Source of the DNA: Candidatus Cryptobacteroides avicola
Lineage (GTDB): Bacteria; Bacteroidota; Bacteroidia; Bacteroidales; UBA932
NCBI GenBank assembly: GCA_017695115.1
Contig: JADILV010000035.1
Location: 4,266 to 68,265, forward strand
Reading direction: 5' to 3'
Length of the DNA stretch: 64,000 bases
Below are positions 18,983 through 27,694 of this stretch, piece after piece. Numbering within the stretch: the stretch's first letter is position 1; every line of letters starts with the position of its first letter. A model generated the notes under the pieces. The model did not search any database. It saw only the letters and a list, made by a program, of their open reading frames with translations, and was not told where the DNA came from. Position numbers and translations under genes: made by a program.

Positions 18983-18990
18983 TATTTTTG
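18983..18990 (+). promoter_or_regulatory. Bacteroidota -7 box (TATTTTTG)
   Basis: ~24 nt upstream of the ATG at 19015. It overlaps the upstream TTG of the ORF track, which argues against that start. Confidence 0.45.
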
Positions 18991-19014
18991 CACTTTTGTA
19001 TTAAATACAGGTTT

Positions 19015-21384
19015 ATGACAGAAAAGACGAAAAAGAGGATAATCAAGTGGTTCTGGATTATTTTTACAATTCCTATATCATTGATTGTCTTGTTGTTGCT
19101 CCTTGTCTGGGCTTTTGCTGACATTCCGTCGTTCGAAGAACTGGAAAATCCTGAAAGCAAGCTGGCCACCCAGGTTATTGCCGAGGACGGGGAGATCCTT
19201 ACGACTTTCCATATAGAGAACAGGTCATTTGTAAGTTATGACGAACTGTCCCCGTATCTTGTCGAGGCGGCCATAGCTACCGAAGATGTCCGCTTCTATG
19301 ACCATTCCGGCATAGATTTCATAAGCCTCGGAAGGGTGCTTTTCAAGACCCTCCTGATGAGCGATTCCAGTCAGGGCGGAGGCAGTACCATCACGCAGCA
19401 GCTGGCCAAGACCCTTTATCCGAGGACCGACGTGAGCAGCCGGATTCCTGGTGTCTACCAGATGAAGATGGTGTGGGTCAAGCTCAAGGAGTGGATCACC
19501 GCCGTGAAGCTCGAACGCAACTATACCAAGGAGGAGATTATGGATATGTATATGAATGCCATATTCTTCGGGAGCAATGCATACGGCATAAAGGCGGCCG
19601 CCCAGACTTTCTTCGCGAAAAATCCTTCCGACCTTACGGTAGAGGAAAGTGCCATGCTTGTGGGCATGGTCAACAAGCCGACCAGATACAATCCGGCCCT
19701 CAATCCTGACAAGGCCCTTGTCCGCAGGAACTTCGTTATAGGACAGATGGAAAAGGCAGGGTTCCTGACCGCAGCCCAGAGGGATTCCATTTCATTGATT
19801 CCCATCACTCTTTCCTATCAGGTACAGGACCACAATGCAGGCATCGCCCCTTATTTCCGTGATATGCTCCGCCGCACCATGAACGCCGGCGAACCGAAGC
19901 GCTCCGGCTATGCCCAGTACGAAGACTTCGTCGCGGATTCCCTCCAGTGGGCGAATGATCCCTTTTACGGCTGGCTGAACAAGAATACCAAGCCTGACGG
20001 CACGAAATACAGCCTGGACAAGGACGGTCTCCGCATCTACACTACCATCAACTACAAGATGCAGCAGTATGCAGAAGAAGCCGTGGCCGAGCATCTCGGA
20101 AAGGACCTGCAGAAAAGTTTCTGGAAAGATCTCGTCGGAAAAGTCCGCAAGCCGTTCTCCAACGAAGTGGACAAGGCTACCGTCGACAGGCTTATGGCCC
20201 AGGCCCGCAGATGGAGTGACCGTTACCGTATGATGAAGGCCAGGGGAGCCTCTGAAAGCGAGATAAAGAGAAGTTTCAGCGAGAAAGTGAAAATGAGGGT
20301 GTTCTCGTGGAACGGGAAAGGCTATATAGATACCCTTATGACGCCTGATGACTCCATATTGTATTATAAGGCGCATCTCAGGGCCGCGTTCATGGCCATA
20401 GAACCCCAGACAGGGCATATCAAGGCATACGTCGGCGGTCCGGAATACAGGTATTTCAAATATGACAATGTCCGCCAGGGCAAGCGCCAGGTGGGATCTA
20501 CCATCAAGCCGTTCCTCTATACATTGGCAATGCAGGAAGGAATGTCGCCTTGCGACAAGGTTGTCAATGTCCCTCAGACATTCATTGTGGGGGATGACAC
20601 CTGGACCCCTCAGAGTACTGACAGCGATGAGTGGATCGGACAGACTGTTACCTTGAAATGGGGACTTACCAAGAGCAGCAACAATATTTCCGCCTATCTC
20701 ATGAAGCAGTTCGGGCCTCATGCCATGGCGGAGATGATGCGCAAGATGGGCATCAGCAGCTATATTGAGGAGGTGCCGTCACTTTGCGTAGGGCCGGCTG
20801 ACATCACTCTTTATGAAATGGTTTCGGCGTACAACACATTCCCGTCCCAGGGCGTGTATGTCTATCCTATATTCGTAACCCGGATTGAAGACAATACCGG
20901 CAATGTCCTGGCTGATTTCAACACACGCAAGCGGGAGGCGATAAGCGAGCATACCGCCTACCTTATGGCCAATCTGATGCAGGGTGTTGTCCAGAGCGGT
21001 ACAGGACGGCGTCTGATATGGAAGTACGGACTGAAAGGGGAGATCGCCGGAAAGACAGGTACGACAAATGACCAGTCGGACGGATGGTTCATAGGCTACA
21101 CTCCGTCCATTACGGCAGGAGTATGGGTCGGGGCGGAGGACCGCCAGGTACATTTCGAGTCACTTTCATTGGGCCAGGGTTCCAATATGGCCCTTCCTAT
21201 CTGGGGAATATGGATGAAGAAGGTCATAGAGGACGGGACGCTCGGCATTACCGGGACGGAGAAGTTTGTCGCACCGGCCGGGGTCCGTCTTAACCTGGAC
21301 TGTGACGGAAGCGATGCCGATGCATCACCGGCAGCCGTCCGGGACCGGACCGAAAAGGAAGCAGAGGATTATTTCTTCAATTAA
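19015..21384 (+). CDS. mrcA: Penicillin-binding protein 1A (bifunctional glycosyltransferase/transpeptidase)
   Basis: GT51 motifs EDVRFYDHSGID and GGSTITQQLAK. Transpeptidase motifs STIKP, SNN and KTGTT. Confidence 0.9.
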   Translation: MTEKTKKRIIKWFWIIFTIPISLIVLLLLLVWAFADIPSFEELENPESKLATQVIAEDGEILTTFHIENRSFVSYDELSPYLVEAAIATEDVRFYDHSGIDFISLGRVLFKTLLMSDSSQGGGSTITQQLAKTLYPRTDVSSRIPGVYQMKMVWVKLKEWITAVKLERNYTKEEIMDMYMNAIFFGSNAYGIKAAAQTFFAKNPSDLTVEESAMLVGMVNKPTRYNPALNPDKALVRRNFVIGQMEKAGFLTAAQRDSISLIPITLSYQVQDHNAGIAPYFRDMLRRTMNAGEPKRSGYAQYEDFVADSLQWANDPFYGWLNKNTKPDGTKYSLDKDGLRIYTTINYKMQQYAEEAVAEHLGKDLQKSFWKDLVGKVRKPFSNEVDKATVDRLMAQARRWSDRYRMMKARGASESEIKRSFSEKVKMRVFSWNGKGYIDTLMTPDDSILYYKAHLRAAFMAIEPQTGHIKAYVGGPEYRYFKYDNVRQGKRQVGSTIKPFLYTLAMQEGMSPCDKVVNVPQTFIVGDDTWTPQSTDSDEWIGQTVTLKWGLTKSSNNISAYLMKQFGPHAMAEMMRKMGISSYIEEVPSLCVGPADITLYEMVSAYNTFPSQGVYVYPIFVTRIEDNTGNVLADFNTRKREAISEHTAYLMANLMQGVVQSGTGRRLIWKYGLKGEIAGKTGTTNDQSDGWFIGYTPSITAGVWVGAEDRQVHFESLSLGQGSNMALPIWGIWMKKVIEDGTLGITGTEKFVAPAGVRLNLDCDGSDADASPAAVRDRTEKEAEDYFFN

Positions 21385-21391
21385 TATAATA

Positions 21392-22411
21392 ATGGAAACA
21401 AAATACCATAATATCGCTGTCATTTATGGCAGCGATTCTTCCGAATGGGAGGTTTCATGCCGTAGCGGGGAGTTCGTGGCTTCCCGGATTGACGGCTCTT
21501 TATACAATGTGTATGAGATTTTCGCCCGCTTCGGCAGCTGGCAGCTGGCGGCATACAGGATGAAGGACTCCATGAGGGTGATCCTGCCTGAGGCGGAGAG
21601 GCCGCAGATTGACAAGACCGACTTTTCCGTGACAGTGGCCGGCCGCAAGGTGAAGTTCGATTTCGCGTATCTCATGCAGCATGGTACGCCAGGAGAAAAC
21701 GGCCTTATGCAGGGCTATCTGGAAATGCTTTCTGTCCCGTTCAGCAGTTGCAGTTCATTCGTTTCGGCCATCACTTTCGACAAGTTCTCCTGTAAAGGAT
21801 ATCTCAGGGATGTAGATTTCGTAAAATGTGCCGATGATGTGTTCATGCGCAAAGGAGACGATCAGAAGGCATTTGAGAAAGAGGCTGCGCAGAGGCTCGG
21901 TTTTCCCATGTTCGTCAAGCCGACGGACGGAGGCTCCAGCTTCGGGGTCACTAAAGTGAAATGTCCAGAGGATATGCCGGAGGCTGTACGTCTTGCGTTT
22001 TCGGAAGGGAAGACCATCCTTGCCGAGAAATACATTCCGGGAAGGGAACTCACCTGTGCCGTGTACCATGACGGGGAAAAGGATGTCGCCCTGCCTGTCA
22101 TCGAGATAGTTACTGAGCATGAGTTTTTCGATTACGATGCCAAATACAACGGGTTCAGCAAGGAGCTATGTCCGGCGGAAATCCCGGAAGAGCTTGCGGA
22201 GCGGATACGGGAATCTTCGAAGAAAATCTATGCTCGGCTTGGCTGTTCCGGTGTGGTAAGGGTGGATTACATACTTTCTTCCGACGGGCTTTACTTCTTG
22301 GAAGTCAATACTATACCAGGTATGACCAGTGCCTCTTTGGTCCCTAAGATGGTCAGGGCTGCCGGAATGGATATGACGGCCTTCCTGACAGGCATTATAG
22401 AAAATTCATAG
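21392..22411 (+). CDS. ddl: D-alanine--D-alanine ligase
   Basis: ATP-grasp fold. METKYHNIAVIYGSDSSEWEVS... begins at 21392, 8 nt after the PBP1A stop. The upstream extension overlaps PBP1A and was rejected. Confidence 0.9.
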   Translation: METKYHNIAVIYGSDSSEWEVSCRSGEFVASRIDGSLYNVYEIFARFGSWQLAAYRMKDSMRVILPEAERPQIDKTDFSVTVAGRKVKFDFAYLMQHGTPGENGLMQGYLEMLSVPFSSCSSFVSAITFDKFSCKGYLRDVDFVKCADDVFMRKGDDQKAFEKEAAQRLGFPMFVKPTDGGSSFGVTKVKCPEDMPEAVRLAFSEGKTILAEKYIPGRELTCAVYHDGEKDVALPVIEIVTEHEFFDYDAKYNGFSKELCPAEIPEELAERIRESSKKIYARLGCSGVVRVDYILSSDGLYFLEVNTIPGMTSASLVPKMVRAAGMDMTAFLTGIIENS

Positions 22412-22412
22412 C

Positions 22413-23333
22413 ATGATGCTTCTGAAAGACTTTATTTCCGGGTCGGTCGGCGGCCTGGAGTTTCTTTACGGCCATGAAGAGGCTAAATCCGTCGTATTCA
22501 TGCTGTGTGAGGCCTGTCTGGGGACAAAAAGCTATACGCACATCATAGAACCCGGATATGAAATCCCCAAAGAAAAACAGCCGTTTCTTGACGCGGCGAT
22601 GAAGCGTTTGGAGACAGGTGAGCCGATCCAGTATGTCCTGGGGTATGCGGATTTTGCAGGATTCAGATTCAAGGTGGATCCGGCGGTGCTTATCCCCCGT
22701 CCTGAGACCGAGCTTCTTTATAGAATGTCAGGGGAAGCCGTCGCCCGCAGAATGAGGATGATGGCAGCTTACGGCAGGACAGGAGTCAAAGTGCTGGACC
22801 TGTGCACTGGTTCAGGATGCATAGCATGGTCGCTTGCCCTTTCGTATCCCGGGACGAAGGTTGTCGGCGTGGATATATCCGAAGCCGCACTCGGGATTGC
22901 GCGGGGCCAGGATTTCGGCAGAACGGTAAAAAAGTCAGGGGCATCGGAACCTTTATTTGTGCAGGCGGACGTGCTTTCAGCATCGGATGACGCTTCTCTT
23001 CCGGATGAAATATGCAGGATGGGAAAATTCGATGTTCTGGTGAGCAATCCGCCTTACGTCAGAGAGTCTGAAAAATCCCTGATGCGGAAGAACGTCTGCG
23101 GTTTCGAACCGGAACTGGCCCTGTTTGTCCCGGATGACGATCCGTTGAAATTCTATCGTGCAATAGCGCTATGGGCCGGAATGGTTCTGGCTGACGGAGG
23201 TTCCGGTTTCGTGGAGATCAACGAGGCTTTCGGCCCTCAGACTGCCCGGCTTTTTATGGACTCCGGTTTTCTGAATGTCGGGACGGTAAAGGATTTTTGC
23301 GGCAAAAACCGGTTCGTCAGATTTACAAAATAG
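22413..23333 (+). CDS. prmC: Release-factor glutamine N5-methyltransferase
   Basis: 306 aa. SAM motif VLDLCTGSGCIA and catalytic NPPY. Confidence 0.85.
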   Translation: MMLLKDFISGSVGGLEFLYGHEEAKSVVFMLCEACLGTKSYTHIIEPGYEIPKEKQPFLDAAMKRLETGEPIQYVLGYADFAGFRFKVDPAVLIPRPETELLYRMSGEAVARRMRMMAAYGRTGVKVLDLCTGSGCIAWSLALSYPGTKVVGVDISEAALGIARGQDFGRTVKKSGASEPLFVQADVLSASDDASLPDEICRMGKFDVLVSNPPYVRESEKSLMRKNVCGFEPELALFVPDDDPLKFYRAIALWAGMVLADGGSGFVEINEAFGPQTARLFMDSGFLNVGTVKDFCGKNRFVRFTK

Positions 23334-23432
23334 CCCTCTCAGTACACTGGAAGGCGTATTTCCGGATTAAACGTTTGTTTTTTAGTGAACACGGATAATA
23401 ATCTTTCTCTTTGCAGAATAAAAGTTTTTGCT

Positions 23433-24755
23433 ATGAGAAAGATTGTTTTTATTGCTTTTCTGGCTGTGCCGGCACTGCTTCTTACCGGATGCGAACATCT
23501 TGACAATGACATTGACAGACATGGGGCTGGGGATCCTCCTTTTGTTTCTCTGGATGAAGTGGCCCTTCTTCTGTCGGAACTTGATTTGGGAACAGAACAG
23601 CTCATGGAGGTTTCGGACGCCGTCTCGGCCTCTTCCGATAACGGCTATGATGAAGAATATACCATGCAGGACCTGTTCCGCACACCTGGTGCCGGGGTCG
23701 GGGACAGCGGCCTTCCCGCCGGAGCGAAAAAGACAAAGCCGGGATACAGGGCCCCTTTGAAAGACATTATCAGGGAGCATCTTCTGTCCGGACGGTCCAA
23801 GGCGGCTGCGGTTGTCTGCAGCAGACGGTCGGATGACAGTCTGACGCTGTCGGTTGATGAGTACATTGCGGCATTGGAGTCATCTGATATCCAGATTTAT
23901 TGGCCTTTTTCTGAAGAATGGGACGGAGTGACGTCCCCGATAATAACTTTCGATCCGTGTGACGGGTCCGAGACGAATATCGGGTATAAGGTAGTGACGG
24001 ACGGGCAGGGAACCCGCACTGTAGAGGAGGTGGTCGTAGATGAAAAGCTGGCTTCTGAGCATCCGGTCTGGGTGATAAACCGTAATGACGATGCCGGCTA
24101 TACTTCCATAGAGATGTTGCGCAAACAGGACCCCGAGTGGGGCTCAGGCGGATCCATTGTCGTAAAGCCTCGGAAGCCGCTTGTCTGCCCTACCGTCTAT
24201 GGCCGTATGCCGTGTTCTTCCGCAGCTCCTGCCGGACGTTCTTGTCCCGACACGGAATCCGTGGATTCTCCGTCCGTCAGGACTTTGATCCTTAAGGACT
24301 TCACCATGCTCCGCAACTATGATCCATGGTTCGCGGGCGCATCCGAGTTCTTTGTCAAGCTCGGTTCGGTCGAGGATTTTACTGCCAGCACCGAAGCGGA
24401 ACTGAAACTGTATAATCCGGCAGTGACGGACTTTATGATAGTCGTTAAAAGAAAATACGTAGGGAAACCACGCCCTTTTAATGCCGTGCTCGTGTCTGAC
24501 TGGACCGACCAGCTTGACCAGTGTGCTCTGATGATTACGGAAGATGATGGAGGGACGCGGACTTCCTGGAAATGTTCGGCGATAGTCAAGATCGCATCCA
24601 AAAGCTACGGGTTCGAGATCAATCTTCCTTTCAATACCAGGGACGATATCGTATGGCGCGGACAGCTCAGCCGCAGATATCTGGAGGCCAATGACAACAT
24701 TACCGGACATTTCGGGGATGTGGACCTTACTTTCGAGATCCGCGAGAGTCTGTGA
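23433..24755 (+). CDS. Hypothetical lipoprotein
   Basis: MRKIVFIAFLAVPALLLTGC is a lipobox. I recognise no domain. The ORF is open from 23385. Confidence 0.6.
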   Translation: MRKIVFIAFLAVPALLLTGCEHLDNDIDRHGAGDPPFVSLDEVALLLSELDLGTEQLMEVSDAVSASSDNGYDEEYTMQDLFRTPGAGVGDSGLPAGAKKTKPGYRAPLKDIIREHLLSGRSKAAAVVCSRRSDDSLTLSVDEYIAALESSDIQIYWPFSEEWDGVTSPIITFDPCDGSETNIGYKVVTDGQGTRTVEEVVVDEKLASEHPVWVINRNDDAGYTSIEMLRKQDPEWGSGGSIVVKPRKPLVCPTVYGRMPCSSAAPAGRSCPDTESVDSPSVRTLILKDFTMLRNYDPWFAGASEFFVKLGSVEDFTASTEAELKLYNPAVTDFMIVVKRKYVGKPRPFNAVLVSDWTDQLDQCALMITEDDGGTRTSWKCSAIVKIASKSYGFEINLPFNTRDDIVWRGQLSRRYLEANDNITGHFGDVDLTFEIRESL

Positions 24756-26655
24756 GTACGGCCATTTCGCATTCGCGACAGTCGAAATGCAGTGTGAACC
24801 TGCGCCCGTTATTGACCAGATACAGGTCCGTGGCCGGTCCTTTCCCCGTCTGTTTCGGGCATAGCCCTGTTTCGTGGCGGATGCAGTACCGGGTCCTCAT
24901 AAGTTCAATGTTCTGACGGTGGGTGAGTTCGAACGCGGACTCCACATCGGCGGCTCCAGCCCCGGTATATACCTGCCTGGCGAGGGAGTTTGCCACATTT
25001 GCCTTGTAGGAGATGGAAGAAGGGAAAGGCAAATGCTCCGTGGATCCGCGCACCAGGTCTGTCCTGTTCAGGAGCGGTCTGTTTCGGCATGGTTCCCGGT
25101 CCAGAGCCTGCGCGAGTTCTCTACGTATGCCGTTTATCGCAGATATTGACATAAGAGGCAGAGGGCAGTCATTGTCGCACAGGATTCTTTTGACTTCGAA
25201 CCTGTAGTGTCCCGTACTTTTGCCGAGCTGCAGGGTGAAAAGTGATTCCATCCGCTCCCTGTTCCGGGCTTCCTGCGTTCCTGCATCGGAAATATACCGG
25301 GCATTTCTTCCGTCTTCGCTTTCCGCTTGTGCGGATATGGTGAACTTGTCTCCGGAGTTCCGGATGCACAATTCTACCGCTACTCTGATTTCACGCTCCG
25401 GCGGATTGTTATCGATTTCCTTTTCGAAGGCCGTGTCGATATTCCGGAAAAGTCTGGCCCCAATGAATATTTCCGGAACGGGTTTGCATCTGATTTCCGT
25501 CCCGTTGCATACGTCCGCCCGGAATCCGATGACTTCAGATCTGCGAGACACGAATGAGAATCCGTCCCCGTTATTGAGTTTCAGACTTCCGCTGCGGTCG
25601 CCTGACACATGCGGGGCCGGCCGGACACGGAGCACATTGCGCTCAGGGCTTATGTAAGATACTGTCCCGATTTCCTCTCCCATGCCTTTTGCGGAATCGA
25701 ATGTTGACCATTTTCCGCGGCGGCCGTCGATGAACAGCTGCGTATATCCTCTGTTGAACGTCTTGTCCGGAGCAGGGACGAACCTTCCTGACACCTTACC
25801 GTAGGATGACCTGCAGAAAGCGCCTCCGGAACTGTTTGTGATGCGGTCCAGTGCCAGCGAATAGTCCCTTACTATATTCTTTACGTATGAAATGTTCTTC
25901 AGTCTTCCTTCTATCTTGAAGGATGTAATGCCTGCCTGGGCAAGATCCGAAAGCCTGTCCTTAAGGTTAAGGTCTTTCAGGGAAAGCAGGGCCTTGTCCT
26001 TCATGAGAGTCCGTCCTGCTCCGTCTTCAAGATCATAAAGGGATCTGCATGCCTGTGCGCAGGCGCCTCTGTTGGCGCTTCTCCCCGTTATCGCTTCCGA
26101 CATATAGCACTGTCCGCTGTAGCATACGCACAGGGCCCCGTGGACAAAACATTCCAGTTCGCAGTCTACGGCTTCCCTGATGGCGCGGATCTGTTCTAAA
26201 GAAAGTTCCCGCTCCAGAATCAGCCTGGAGAATCCCAGGTCTTCATAGAACCTGGCCTGCGCCGGAGTCCTGATGGCGCATTGTGTGGATGCGTGAAGCG
26301 GGAGGGAAAATCCGTCTTTCCGGATTGCTTCTGCGATTTTCAGGACAGCGAGGTCCTGTACGATCAGGGCATCCGCCCCGGCCTGCCATACCGCTTCCAT
26401 CTGCTGCCTTGCGGCTTCCAGTTCAGTGTCGTAGAGTATGGTGTTGAGGGTAATGAATATCCTGGCTCCGTACAGATGGGCATACCGGCACAGCTCCCTT
26501 ATGTCATCGATGCTGTTTCCGGCCGCTTGTCTGGCCCCGAACTGCGGTCCTGCGATATATACGGCATCGGCACCGCAACCGATGGCTGCAATGCCGATGT
26601 CCTTGTTCCTTGCAGGAGCCAGCAGCTCCAGTTCTCTGATCTTGCGATCAACCAT
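24727..26655 (-). CDS. Peptidase U32 family protein (long form with C-terminal extension)
   Basis: 642 aa. U32 signature ECFVHGALCVCYSGQC. Its 3' end overlaps the convergent lipoprotein gene by 29 nt. Confidence 0.88.
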   Translation of the reverse strand: MVDRKIRELELLAPARNKDIGIAAIGCGADAVYIAGPQFGARQAAGNSIDDIRELCRYAHLYGARIFITLNTILYDTELEAARQQMEAVWQAGADALIVQDLAVLKIAEAIRKDGFSLPLHASTQCAIRTPAQARFYEDLGFSRLILERELSLEQIRAIREAVDCELECFVHGALCVCYSGQCYMSEAITGRSANRGACAQACRSLYDLEDGAGRTLMKDKALLSLKDLNLKDRLSDLAQAGITSFKIEGRLKNISYVKNIVRDYSLALDRITNSSGGAFCRSSYGKVSGRFVPAPDKTFNRGYTQLFIDGRRGKWSTFDSAKGMGEEIGTVSYISPERNVLRVRPAPHVSGDRSGSLKLNNGDGFSFVSRRSEVIGFRADVCNGTEIRCKPVPEIFIGARLFRNIDTAFEKEIDNNPPEREIRVAVELCIRNSGDKFTISAQAESEDGRNARYISDAGTQEARNRERMESLFTLQLGKSTGHYRFEVKRILCDNDCPLPLMSISAINGIRRELAQALDREPCRNRPLLNRTDLVRGSTEHLPFPSSISYKANVANSLARQVYTGAGAADVESAFELTHRQNIELMRTRYCIRHETGLCPKQTGKGPATDLYLVNNGRRFTLHFDCRECEMAVLTDSRGSRK

Positions 26656-26665
26656 TTAAACGATA

Positions 26666-27604
26666 TTAGTTACATTTGAGCGCTGTCATCTGCTGTTTTG
26701 CAGTAGCTCCGTATTTTGCATTGTCCACGACTTTCTGGTAGTAGCCGCATGCTTTGGCGTTGTCGCCGAGCTGCTGTGCGAGGACAGCTACCGTATAGTA
26801 CATGTCAGGGATGTTGCGTGCTGAAGGGGCAAGTGCAATGTAGCTTTCGATGTATTTGAGGGCCTCTGCATTTTTCCCGAGCTGCATTGACGCTGTTCCG
26901 GCTACCTGCATTGCAGTGGCATTTTCCTGATATTCGTTTGATTTGAGAGCGTGGGTCACTGCATCGTCATATTTCTTTGCCTTGAGGTCGGCTGCAGCAA
27001 GCCTTACATACATGTTTGACAGCTGCTTTACTGCCTGTGCCTCCTGGCCGTGCTGCATTGATGCGGTGAAAGCAGCCTCTGCTTCAGTCACTTTACCGGC
27101 AGCGCTGAGGGCCGTTCCGAGTCTGAGATATGCGGAACCGTTATCAGGGTCGGCATCGATGATTTTCTGGTAGGCGGCAGCCGCTCCTGCATAGTCCTTT
27201 GCATTGAGAAGGCTGTTTGCCTGGGTCATATATACCTGAGGGATGAGCTCTGTAGCTTCGGTCTCGACATCGGCATTGCCGTATTCCTTTGCGGAAGCGA
27301 TGGCCTTGTTAAGCTGCTCTACCGCCTTGGCATAGTCCTCGGCCTTGATAAGGTCCTTGGCGATTGAAAGTTCTACATTCGGGATGATATTCTTGCAGTT
27401 GGCTACGACATCCGCTCCTGCTTCTCCGCAGGCCTCGGCCATTGTCAGGGCCTGTTTGAAATAGTCGAGAGCGCCGGCGTTGTCCCCCATCTGGAGTGCC
27501 ATGGCCCCATTGTTGTAAGTGTCGGTTGCCTGCTGCATGTCCTGTGCAGCCGCTACGCCTGCGGAGAGTACTGCCGCAGCGAGGATAACAAAGATCTTTT
27601 TCAT
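26666..27604 (-). CDS. Secreted tetratricopeptide-repeat protein
   Basis: 312 aa. Signal peptide, then repeated A..Y.KA...P.NA.AY-type TPR units. Lies 10 nt upstream of the U32 gene on the same strand. Confidence 0.8.
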   Translation of the reverse strand: MKKIFVILAAAVLSAGVAAAQDMQQATDTYNNGAMALQMGDNAGALDYFKQALTMAEACGEAGADVVANCKNIIPNVELSIAKDLIKAEDYAKAVEQLNKAIASAKEYGNADVETEATELIPQVYMTQANSLLNAKDYAGAAAAYQKIIDADPDNGSAYLRLGTALSAAGKVTEAEAAFTASMQHGQEAQAVKQLSNMYVRLAAADLKAKKYDDAVTHALKSNEYQENATAMQVAGTASMQLGKNAEALKYIESYIALAPSARNIPDMYYTVAVLAQQLGDNAKACGYYQKVVDNAKYGATAKQQMTALKCN

Positions 27605-27646
27605 GATATTCAGTTTAGTTTAATTGCATTAATATTCGCATAAATA

Positions 27647-27654
27647 CAAAAATA
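27647..27654 (-). promoter_or_regulatory. Bacteroidota -7 box (TATTTTTG on the minus strand)
   Basis: ~42 nt upstream of the TPR gene ATG. Confidence 0.4.
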
Positions 27655-27668
27655 GGAATTTTTTATTT

Positions 27669-27676
27669 TATTTTTG
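27669..27676 (+). promoter_or_regulatory. Bacteroidota -7 box (TATTTTTG)
   Basis: ~18 nt upstream of the ATG at 27695. It overlaps the TTG start of the ORF track. Confidence 0.4.
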
Positions 27677-27694
27677 TACAAGATAGGGCCAAAT

